Shown: one piece after another, positions 55,407 through 63,615 of the stretch | How the letters are laid out: each line of letters begins with the position of its first letter | Numbering within the stretch: position 1 is the stretch's first letter | From: Fidelibacterota bacterium | GTDB taxonomy: Bacteria > Fidelibacterota > Marinisomatia > Marinisomatales > TCS55 | Assembly (NCBI GenBank): GCA_012964665.1 | Contig: DTTO01000060.1 | Location: forward strand, 4,522-68,521 | DNA: 64,000 nt | Reading direction: 5' to 3' | Translations under genes and position numbers: made by a program | The notes under the pieces: model-generated | Database searches by the model: none | What the model saw: the letters and a program-made list of their open reading frames with translations, nothing else | Told to the model about the DNA's origin: nothing

Positions 55407-57128
55407 ATGAGTTCAATCGTTTTAGTGCTGATTGGGCTCCTTGTTTTCTATTTAGGGTTTCGTTTTTATTCCAGATTTATTGAAAACCGTATTTTTAAGA
55501 TCCATGAAGAAGATCAAACCATGCCATCTAAAGCATTGGAAGATGGGATTGATTATGTTCCTACCAAAAAACATATTCTTTTTGGCCATCATTTCACTTC
55601 GATTGCTGGTGCAGCACCAATTGTAGGACCTTGTGTAGCAGCATACTGGGGATGGCTTCCAGCTCTATTATGGATTTTATTAGGCACTATTTTTATGGGT
55701 GCCGTGCATGATTTTGGAGCACTTGTAATCAGTGTGAAAGAAAAGGGGCGCAGTATTGCCGACATTGCTTCAAATACGATCAGCAAACGTACCCGTCTCA
55801 TGTTTTTATCCTTCGTGATTCTTTTGATTTGGCTTATCTTGGCTGTTTTTGCCATGGTGATCGCCGATTTATTTGTCGCTATCCCATCTTCTGTCATTCC
55901 AATCAATATTGAAATTATTATCGCTATCATCATGGGATTCCTTATTTATAAAAAGAAAATCGATATACTGATTCCATCGTTGTTTGCATTAGCTCTATTG
56001 TACTTTTTTGTTTGGGTAGGAACTAAGGTGCCGATTGATCTAACTACGACCATGGCGGTACAAGATGTCAAAAACTTATGGATAATAATGCTGTTTATTT
56101 ATTCGGCAATTGCAAGTTTGTTACCAGTTTGGACCCTGCTGCAGCCGAGGGACTTTATTAACAGTCATCAGTTATTTGTTGGATTGGGATTATTATTTCT
56201 CGGTATTTTTATTGCGCAACCGGTGGTGGATGCTCCTGCCATTCGGTCTTTATCTGAGCCTGACGTGCCGGGAATATTTCCACTGCTTTTTGTTACGATT
56301 GCATGCGGCGCAATTAGTGGGTTTCATGGTTTGGTTGCTTCCGGTACATCATCAAAGCAATTGGAAAAGTTGTCGGATGCAAGGATGGTGGGTTACGGTG
56401 GAATGATTGGAGAAGGAACACTTGCATTGGCTTCAACCATATCTGCTGTGGCTGGGATTGCACTCGTTTCCAACTGTAATTTGCCTACGGTGGGACCCGT
56501 CACAGATTTGAATTGGAATGTTTACTATGATACATGGGCCCATGCCAGTGGAAATAAGGCCGCTGCTTTTGTTTTGGGCGGTGGCGCATTAATTCAATCT
56601 TTAGGTATTCCAACCATTGTAGCAAATACATTAATGGCAGTCTTGGTAATTTCATTTGCGGCGACAACATTAGATACAGCTACTAGGATTCAGCGTTTTA
56701 TTTTGAATGAATTTGGCATCGCTACTGGAGTAAGAGCACTTTCTAATCGCTATGTAGCAACCATTGTGGCAATCATTCCAGCCATATTGTTGGCATTTTG
56801 GAATGTGGTTGAGCCAGGCACCGGAACGATGCGACAAGCCGGATGGGTCCTCTGGCCCATTTTTGGTGCGAGCAACCAAATGCTCGCAGCGCTAACATTA
56901 ATGGTGCTCACACTTTATTATTGGCAGAAGAAAAGACCTATTCTTCCATTACTTATACCTATGATTATTGTTATGGGTATAACCATTTCGGCACTGGTGG
57001 TGAATGCGATTCAATTTTACGGGCAAAATAGTATTCTATTTGGATTTACTATTATTTTGATGGGACTGATTATTTGGATGGTCTATGAAGGAGTAAATAA
57101 GGTATTAGAAATACGCAGAACATCATAA
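55407..57128 (+). CDS. cstA: carbon starvation protein A (CstA) family transporter
   Basis: FGHHFTSIAGAAPIVGP and GFHGLVASGTSSKQ motifs. Polytopic membrane protein. Confidence 0.88.
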   Translation: MSSIVLVLIGLLVFYLGFRFYSRFIENRIFKIHEEDQTMPSKALEDGIDYVPTKKHILFGHHFTSIAGAAPIVGPCVAAYWGWLPALLWILLGTIFMGAVHDFGALVISVKEKGRSIADIASNTISKRTRLMFLSFVILLIWLILAVFAMVIADLFVAIPSSVIPINIEIIIAIIMGFLIYKKKIDILIPSLFALALLYFFVWVGTKVPIDLTTTMAVQDVKNLWIIMLFIYSAIASLLPVWTLLQPRDFINSHQLFVGLGLLFLGIFIAQPVVDAPAIRSLSEPDVPGIFPLLFVTIACGAISGFHGLVASGTSSKQLEKLSDARMVGYGGMIGEGTLALASTISAVAGIALVSNCNLPTVGPVTDLNWNVYYDTWAHASGNKAAAFVLGGGALIQSLGIPTIVANTLMAVLVISFAATTLDTATRIQRFILNEFGIATGVRALSNRYVATIVAIIPAILLAFWNVVEPGTGTMRQAGWVLWPIFGASNQMLAALTLMVLTLYYWQKKRPILPLLIPMIIVMGITISALVVNAIQFYGQNSILFGFTIILMGLIIWMVYEGVNKVLEIRRTS

Positions 57129-57161
57129 ATTTCTTATCTTAATATCAAACGAACATCCAAT

Positions 57162-58820
57162 ATGTCTAGACAATTAGAATTATTCAACGAGGCGAAGCAA
57201 AGGTGGGAAAAAGAGGTACAAACTTCAGTTAAACGTGATTACAATTTTGATACCTTGAGCGGTGAATCTTTAGAACCGCTGTATTACCCTGTTAAACCAA
57301 GTGATGACTATTTAGAAAAACTGGGATTTCCCGGACAATTCCCCTATACCCGTGGTGTACATGCTAATATGTATCGGGGCAAGCTATGGACAAAACGTCA
57401 GTTCTCAGGTTTCGGAACACCGGAAGAAACAAATTCCCGTTACCATTCATTATTAAACAAAGGGCAAACGGGTCTTTCAGTTGCCTATGATATGCCAACA
57501 CTAATGGGCTACGATCCAGACCATCCCTGGTCAAATGGTGAAGTTGGTAAATGTGGTGTTAGTGTTGCCTCCATTAAGGATATGGAGAAGCTGTTTAAAG
57601 ACATCAACTTGGGTGAAATATCAGTTTCCCAAACCATTAATGGTCCGGCAATGATTTTATTGGCCTTTTATATTGCCGTGGCAGAAAACCAGGGCGTTCC
57701 TTTGGCGAATCTGCGAGGAACGTTACAAAATGATATCCTAAAAGAGTTTATTGCTCAAAAAGAATGGATTTTTCCGCCGCAACCGTCTATGCGTATTATC
57801 ACAGATATGATGGCGTTTTGCAGCGAACATATGCCCCAATTTAATACGATTTCCATTTCTGGATATCATATTAGGGAAGCAGGATCAACAGCAGCTCAAG
57901 AACTAGCTTTTACATTAGCAGATGGATTCGCGTATGTCGAACACGCAATGGCAGCAGGATTGGATATCGATAGCTTCGCACCACGATTATCATTCTTTTT
58001 TAATTCACATTTGGATTTCTTTGAAGAGATTGCTAAATATCGCGCTGCTCGCCGTATTTGGGCAAAACGTATGAAAAATAAATACGGTGCGAATAATCCA
58101 CGTTCCTGGAAATTGCGTTTTCACGCACAAACCGCAGGTTGTTCATTAACAGCTCAGCAACCAGAAAACAATATTGCACGGACGGGTTTTCAAGCCTTGG
58201 CAGCTGTTCTTGGAGGCACTCAGTCACTCCATACTAATTCCATGGATGAAACCCTGGCGCTTCCAACAGAAAAAGCGGCGGAAATTGCTCTCAGAACGCA
58301 GCAATTGATTGCATTCGAAACTGGTGTTGCAAATGTAGCAGACCCCTTAGGTGGTTCATGGTTTGTGGAATCTCTAACGGACCATATGGAAACGGAAGCA
58401 GAAAAATATTTTGAAGAAATTGAGAATCTTGGCGGAGTAATCCCAGCCATTGAAAAGGGTTATTTCCAAAGAGAAATTGCCTATGCAGCATCAGAATACC
58501 AGCAAAAGATTGATGATAAAGAATTGATTCATGTTGGGGTAAATGATTTTATTAAAGAAGATGAAGAAATTGAAATCCCGTTATTAGAAATTGGTGACGA
58601 AGCTGAAAATGTCCAGATGGAGTCTTTAACTAAACTAAGAAAAGAGCGGGATGAAAATATGGTTCAGAAAGCACTCAGCCGCATTCAGGAAGCCTGTGCA
58701 AATAGTGAAAATATTATGCCGCCAATTATTGAAGCATCAAAGGCTTTTGCCACCATGGGTGAAATTGTGGTCGCTATGAAAGCAGAATTTGGTGAATGGC
58801 AGGAAGCTGCTGTTTTTTAG
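57162..58820 (+). CDS. methylmalonyl-CoA mutase family, catalytic (TIM-barrel) subunit without B12-binding domain
   Basis: [11 protein letters not shown] ... [13 protein letters not shown] ... [10 protein letters not shown] ... [20 protein letters not shown]. 552 aa, ending before the cobalamin-binding domain. Confidence 0.88.
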   Translation: MSRQLELFNEAKQRWEKEVQTSVKRDYNFDTLSGESLEPLYYPVKPSDDYLEKLGFPGQFPYTRGVHANMYRGKLWTKRQFSGFGTPEETNSRYHSLLNKGQTGLSVAYDMPTLMGYDPDHPWSNGEVGKCGVSVASIKDMEKLFKDINLGEISVSQTINGPAMILLAFYIAVAENQGVPLANLRGTLQNDILKEFIAQKEWIFPPQPSMRIITDMMAFCSEHMPQFNTISISGYHIREAGSTAAQELAFTLADGFAYVEHAMAAGLDIDSFAPRLSFFFNSHLDFFEEIAKYRAARRIWAKRMKNKYGANNPRSWKLRFHAQTAGCSLTAQQPENNIARTGFQALAAVLGGTQSLHTNSMDETLALPTEKAAEIALRTQQLIAFETGVANVADPLGGSWFVESLTDHMETEAEKYFEEIENLGGVIPAIEKGYFQREIAYAASEYQQKIDDKELIHVGVNDFIKEDEEIEIPLLEIGDEAENVQMESLTKLRKERDENMVQKALSRIQEACANSENIMPPIIEASKAFATMGEIVVAMKAEFGEWQEAAVF

Positions 58821-58828
58821 GAGAAAAC

Positions 58829-59263
58829 ATGAATAGTAATAAGAAATTTTTGTTCATGATTATTGGTGTTATCGTGGTGGTCATTTTTTGGATTGGTTGG
58901 GTTTCAACCAATCCTGCAGATGAAAAAGCGATGGCAACTTTTGTATCCGTAGAAAAGCTTATGAAAGATAATATGAGCCAGCGGACGAAATTGGGTGGTT
59001 TGGTAAAAGACGGCTCGATCGTTGTTTCTAAAACCAGTTACTTGGACTGTACTTTCATTCTTAAAGAAGGGGATACTGAATTGGCCGTAAAGTATGATCG
59101 TACTCGTCCGGATTTATTTAAAGATGGGGCAGAAGTGATTGTTACTGGTCAATATTTAAACGGTATTTTTTATGCTGATGAATTACAGACAAAATGTGCC
59201 TCACGTTACGAAGGTGATTTAAGAGACGAAAATAGTTATAACTTAACTGAAATCGACTCATGA
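58829..59263 (+). CDS. ccmE: cytochrome c maturation heme chaperone CcmE, cysteine (CxxxY) variant
   Basis: N-terminal TM anchor and an OB-fold body. C-terminal ADELQTKCASRYEG occupies the position of the usual ...AKHDENY heme-binding motif. AGGAG lies 5 nt upstream of the ATG. Confidence 0.85.
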   Translation: MNSNKKFLFMIIGVIVVVIFWIGWVSTNPADEKAMATFVSVEKLMKDNMSQRTKLGGLVKDGSIVVSKTSYLDCTFILKEGDTELAVKYDRTRPDLFKDGAEVIVTGQYLNGIFYADELQTKCASRYEGDLRDENSYNLTEIDS

Positions 59264-61224
59264 CCCCGATTGCAGGTGCTACAGCCTTGAATCTGGCGTT
59301 CGGATTCGGCATTCTTACCATACTCACCATCTTTTTTTATACACGTAATGGAGACCAGCGCCTATATCTTACGGGACAGCGTTTGGCATTAGGAGTTTCC
59401 TTTTTTATTTTTTTAGCTACTTTTATCCTTGGTTACCAATTAATAATCAGCAATTTTGATATTGATTACGTAGCACGATATACTAGTTTGGAAACACCGG
59501 TGGTGTATAAAATATCGGCCCTCTGGGCCGGGCAATCCGGTTCGCTGTTATTTTGGCTGTTTATTTTATCTATTTATGCTACCGTGGTCATTCTCCAAAA
59601 TCAGCGAAAGCACCATGGACTTATGCCTTGGGTTATCATTACACTGGTCATTGTCCAAATGTTTTTCCTAGTGTTGACGAATTATGTTACCAATCCTTTT
59701 AAACCCACGGAGGCTGATTTTATCGTGGCCAATGGAAATGGCCTTAATCCTTTACTACAAAATGTGACCATGGCTATACACCCACCCACTCTTTATTTGG
59801 GGTTTGTTGGTTTTACGGTTCCATTCAGTTTTGGGATTTCAGCGCTTGTTAATCGGGATACGAGTCCATTATGGATTCAGAGCATTCGCCGGTGGACCCT
59901 GGTAGCATGGCTTTTTTTGAGCATGGGGATTATCTTAGGAGGGTGGTGGGCCTACCGGGAATTAGGCTGGGGAGGGTATTGGGCTTGGGACCCAGTAGAA
60001 AATGCTAGTTTTATGCCATGGCTCACGGCCACAGCATTTGTCCATTCGATAATCATACAAGAAAAAAAGGATATGCTGCGGGTATGGAATATGGTACTGA
60101 TCATTCTTACGTTTACCCTTTGTATTTTTGGGACATTCCTAACGAGATCCGGCGTCATGAGCTCCGTGCACTCATTTACTGCTTCTTCATTGGGCCCCAT
60201 ATTTTTAACATTTGTTTTTTTTATATTGGTGACTTCTTTTGGTCTCATGTACACCCGTATGAATGATCTTCGATCAACAAGAAGAATGGAGTCATTTACT
60301 TCTCGTGAAAGTGGATTTCTTTTTAATAATATGGTGTTTGTGGTGTTGTGCTTTTCCGTATTCTGGGGAACACTTTTTCCAGTTATTTCTGAAGCAGTCC
60401 GTGGGACAAAAATCACAGTCGGGCCACCATTTTTCAATCAAATCAATATTCCAATTGGTCTGATACTTTTAGGCTTAACCGGTGTTGGGCCACTTTTAGC
60501 TTGGCGAAGGACAGGAAAGAAAAACTTGATACGTAATTTCACATTTCCAATCCTTACAGGATTAAGTTCAGCAATTATACTACTAATAATTGGATACAGA
60601 GATTATGTTGTTATTTCATTCAGTTTAGGAGCTTTTGTTACAGCAACAATTACCACAGAATTTATCAGAGGTATTAGAGCCCGAAACAGAAAATTTAAAG
60701 AATCTCCCTTTACTGCATTGAAAATGATGGTGAGTAAAAACCGTTCTCGGTACGGTGGATATGTGGTTCATTTAGGGATTGTTTTTATGTTTATTGGTTT
60801 TACCGGCCATGCTTTTGATAAGGAAAAAGAATTCAGTTTGAAAGTGGGAGAAAAGGACCATGTTGCTGGATATGAATTTGAATTGATCCAATTGTCTGAA
60901 TCAGAACGCCCTAATCACTATGCTTGGATTTCAGATCTGCGAGTGACAAAACATAATGGTGAATTTGTAACCAACCTACGTCCTGAAAAACGGGTTTATT
61001 TCCACCGGAATCCAGATGTGAATCGTCGTCAGCCTCACAGTGAACTGGATATTTATTCTAAGCTGAATAAGGATATTTATTCTATTTTTTCAGCTGTTGA
61101 TACAGAAAATGGTGTGGCCTTTATCAAGATTATGGTGAATCCACTGGTTCGGTGGGTTTGGATTGGGGGATGTATTTTGGTTTTTGGTACATTAATTGCC
61201 CTTTGGCCGCGGAGAGATTCTTAA
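59260..61224 (+). CDS. ccmF: cytochrome c-type biogenesis protein CcmF (heme lyase component)
   Basis: WWD motif WGGYWAWDPVEN. 654-aa polytopic protein. Confidence 0.92.
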   Translation: MTPIAGATALNLAFGFGILTILTIFFYTRNGDQRLYLTGQRLALGVSFFIFLATFILGYQLIISNFDIDYVARYTSLETPVVYKISALWAGQSGSLLFWLFILSIYATVVILQNQRKHHGLMPWVIITLVIVQMFFLVLTNYVTNPFKPTEADFIVANGNGLNPLLQNVTMAIHPPTLYLGFVGFTVPFSFGISALVNRDTSPLWIQSIRRWTLVAWLFLSMGIILGGWWAYRELGWGGYWAWDPVENASFMPWLTATAFVHSIIIQEKKDMLRVWNMVLIILTFTLCIFGTFLTRSGVMSSVHSFTASSLGPIFLTFVFFILVTSFGLMYTRMNDLRSTRRMESFTSRESGFLFNNMVFVVLCFSVFWGTLFPVISEAVRGTKITVGPPFFNQINIPIGLILLGLTGVGPLLAWRRTGKKNLIRNFTFPILTGLSSAIILLIIGYRDYVVISFSLGAFVTATITTEFIRGIRARNRKFKESPFTALKMMVSKNRSRYGGYVVHLGIVFMFIGFTGHAFDKEKEFSLKVGEKDHVAGYEFELIQLSESERPNHYAWISDLRVTKHNGEFVTNLRPEKRVYFHRNPDVNRRQPHSELDIYSKLNKDIYSIFSAVDTENGVAFIKIMVNPLVRWVWIGGCILVFGTLIALWPRRDS

Positions 61225-61499
61225 TGGAAATCATCGGAGACTACGGCCTGATTCTAATATTTTTTGTTGTGGCGGTCATATTTGTTCTACAGCCATTATT
61301 TTTATCCGACCTTGGAAAACTTGTTGTAGAGTTAGACATAAATGTTTTGAAGCGGAAAAAACTTTTACTTTATCGGCAAATTAAAGAGTTAGAAATGGAA
61401 TATGAAATCGGCAATATTAATGATGAAGATTTTCATTCGAGTCGTGCTTTATTAAAACAAGAGGTTTCCGCGATAATCACTGCACTTGATTCAAAATAA
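61224..61499 (+). CDS. 91-aa membrane-anchored coiled-coil protein, CcmI (CycH) N-terminal-module-like
   Basis: One TM helix (LILIFFVVAVIFVLQPLFL), then LYRQIKELEMEYEIGNINDEDFHSSRALLKQEV. This resembles the CcmI pattern YR.QL.EL..D...G.I...E....R.E. TAATG overlap with ccmF. Confidence 0.45.
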   Translation: MEIIGDYGLILIFFVVAVIFVLQPLFLSDLGKLVVELDINVLKRKKLLLYRQIKELEMEYEIGNINDEDFHSSRALLKQEVSAIITALDSK

Positions 61500-61509
61500 T
61501 AAATACGAT

Positions 61510-62145
61510 ATGCTTTCGGTTTCCAATATATCAAAGTCCTTTAATTATCGTTCTGTTTTAAAAGATGTTTCCTTTACCCTAAATGCAGGAGAAACAGTTG
61601 TAATCATGGGTAAAAATGGTGCGGGGAAAACTACCTTATTGCGAATTATTGCGCGTATTATGGCTTGCGAAAAAGGAAAAATATTATTTCAAAATCAGAA
61701 TTTATTTGATGGCGAACCATCAATAAGAAAAAAATTATTGTATATTGGTCATGCGCCGGCTATGTATACTGCTCTTTCAGCTATTGAAAATTTAACATTG
61801 GCACTAAACTTGCGATACATTAAAGCTAATGCATCAAAAATATTGGATAGATTGAATCATTTTGGTCTGGGTATGCAGGCCAATGATCCGATCTCTATCT
61901 ATTCCCAAGGGATGTTGCAACGATTGAAGTTGGCCTATGCGGAGCTTACAGATTGGGATCTTCTTTTATTCGATGAACCTTTTACTGGATTAGACCAGGA
62001 TGGTGTGGCCCTTATGGATAAGGCACTTACTCAATGGATAAAAGAAGGAAAAACCATGTGTATGGTCCTTCATAACATGGAGCGGGCAAAGCAATATGGG
62101 GATCAAATTCTTTATTTAAACCATGGCGTCATGGAAAGCCTGTAA
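61510..62145 (+). CDS. ccmA: heme ABC exporter ATP-binding protein CcmA
   Basis: Walker A GKNGAGKTT, signature YSQGMLQR, Walker B LLLFDEP. ATG at 61510. Confidence 0.88.
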   Translation: MLSVSNISKSFNYRSVLKDVSFTLNAGETVVIMGKNGAGKTTLLRIIARIMACEKGKILFQNQNLFDGEPSIRKKLLYIGHAPAMYTALSAIENLTLALNLRYIKANASKILDRLNHFGLGMQANDPISIYSQGMLQRLKLAYAELTDWDLLLFDEPFTGLDQDGVALMDKALTQWIKEGKTMCMVLHNMERAKQYGDQILYLNHGVMESL

Positions 62146-62807
62146 TGTTTTTAACGCTCTTGAAAAAAGAATTATTTGTTGAATTCCGGACACGGGAAAT
62201 AACTATTTCCATGATCGTGTTTGGGTTGGCCATCATTCTTACTTTTGCTTTTTCATCTAATGTTTCTCCCGTAATTATAGTCAACTTTGCACCGGGAATG
62301 TTTTGGATTATGGTCCTCTTTGTCACTGTTATAGGAGTCCATCGTTCATTTGCCTATGAAAAGGAATTCGATGCTTTTTCAATGCTGATTAGTGCGCCGA
62401 TTGATCGTGGTTTGATCTTTCTTTCAAAGTGGATCAGTGGGTTTATATTTTTAACTATCATGGAAATTCTATTATTTATTCCGTTTTATAAATTTCTTAT
62501 GATTGATTTTCCAATACAACCTTGGCTGGCCTTGGGGACAACCATATTAATCAATTTAGCGATCATGGTTGTGGCAAGTCTTGTTTCTGGGATTGCCATG
62601 CGGGCCAGATTGAGTGAAGTTCTTCTCCCGATTCTACTCTTTCCATTAGTATCACCGGTCATCATTTCCGCTACTAAAATTTCAGGTAGTATTATGCGGG
62701 GAGAGCCCTATGCTTTATGGGACATTTGGTTATTAATCATCCTAACGGTGATCGTAGTTTTCGGGCTTGTTGGATACACTTTATTTGATTTTATCACTGA
62801 AGAGTAA
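62145..62807 (+). CDS. ccmB: heme exporter protein CcmB
   Basis: 220-aa 6-TM protein between ccmA and ccmC. FEKEFDAF...L motif region. Confidence 0.8.
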   Translation: MFLTLLKKELFVEFRTREITISMIVFGLAIILTFAFSSNVSPVIIVNFAPGMFWIMVLFVTVIGVHRSFAYEKEFDAFSMLISAPIDRGLIFLSKWISGFIFLTIMEILLFIPFYKFLMIDFPIQPWLALGTTILINLAIMVVASLVSGIAMRARLSEVLLPILLFPLVSPVIISATKISGSIMRGEPYALWDIWLLIILTVIVVFGLVGYTLFDFITEE

Positions 62808-63478
62808 TGCAGTTTTTTTTTCATAATAAATCTAACCGGGTCTGGCTTGTCCTCATAATTGGGTTAATGCTTTTCAATATATGGAATATAGTTGTGAATA
62901 CACCAATGGTGCCGGACCAACATTGGGCCCAAAAGATATTTTATGTTCATGTCCCATCTGCATGGGTAGGATTCCTATCCTATTTTATTGTTATGGTCGC
63001 GGGCATAATGTACTTTATCAAAGGTGATGAGCACTGGGATAAAGTTGGATTGGCCGCAGCAGAGATTGGTACCTTATTTATTTCTCTAGTTTTAATCACT
63101 GGGCCAATTTGGGCTACACCTATTTGGGGACAGCCTTGGATCTGGGAACCACGTTTAACTACAACCCTGATTTTATTTTTGATCTACATCGGTTATTTTA
63201 TGATGAGGGCTTTTGGTGGTCATGCAGAACGAGTTAAGCGTTACGCCGCATCGCTAGGTATTATCGCATTTGTGGATGTGCCCATTATTTTTGTATCAGT
63301 CAAATTTTGGGCACCAGAAATCCAATCACACCCTCAAGTGGAAATGACCAGCCAGCCTCCAGGTATTCTGATTCCATTCCTATTATCGTTAGGTATATTT
63401 ACGGTTCTTTATAGGCTTATGTTGAAATACAGAATTCATGTGATACAGGTCAATTATAAGAGAGTGGCTGATGTATAA
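62807..63478 (+). CDS. ccmC: heme exporter protein CcmC
   Basis: WWD-type motif WGQPWIWEPRLT. 223 aa. Confidence 0.88.
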   Translation: MQFFFHNKSNRVWLVLIIGLMLFNIWNIVVNTPMVPDQHWAQKIFYVHVPSAWVGFLSYFIVMVAGIMYFIKGDEHWDKVGLAAAEIGTLFISLVLITGPIWATPIWGQPWIWEPRLTTTLILFLIYIGYFMMRAFGGHAERVKRYAASLGIIAFVDVPIIFVSVKFWAPEIQSHPQVEMTSQPPGILIPFLLSLGIFTVLYRLMLKYRIHVIQVNYKRVADV

Positions 63479-63602
63479 CTTCTGGGGTTATTTTCTGGCC
63501 GTTTATTTGATCGTATTCGGAGCCATAGTAGGGTGGTTTATCATCCAATTTCGTATGGAAAATCGCTATCTGAACGATAATCGATATACGCAATCGGAAT
63601 AA
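63471..63602 (+). CDS. ccmD: 43-aa single-TM protein, CcmD-like heme exporter subunit
   Basis: Not in the ORF track. ATG overlaps the ccmC stop by 8 nt. Translation MYNFWGYFLAVYLIVFGAIVGWFIIQFRMENRYLNDNRYTQSE. Position and topology match CcmD. Confidence 0.55.
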   Translation: MYNFWGYFLAVYLIVFGAIVGWFIIQFRMENRYLNDNRYTQSE

Positions 63603-63615
63603 GGAGTCGCTAGTA

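Noticed and set aside
59952-60437. 161-aa minus-strand ORF
   Set aside because: It is antisense to ccmF (WWD motif region) and has no recognisable domain or start context. The same reasoning applies to 40805-41215, 51304-51717, 35552-35899, 15409-15762, 19904-20287 and the other short minus-strand ORFs.
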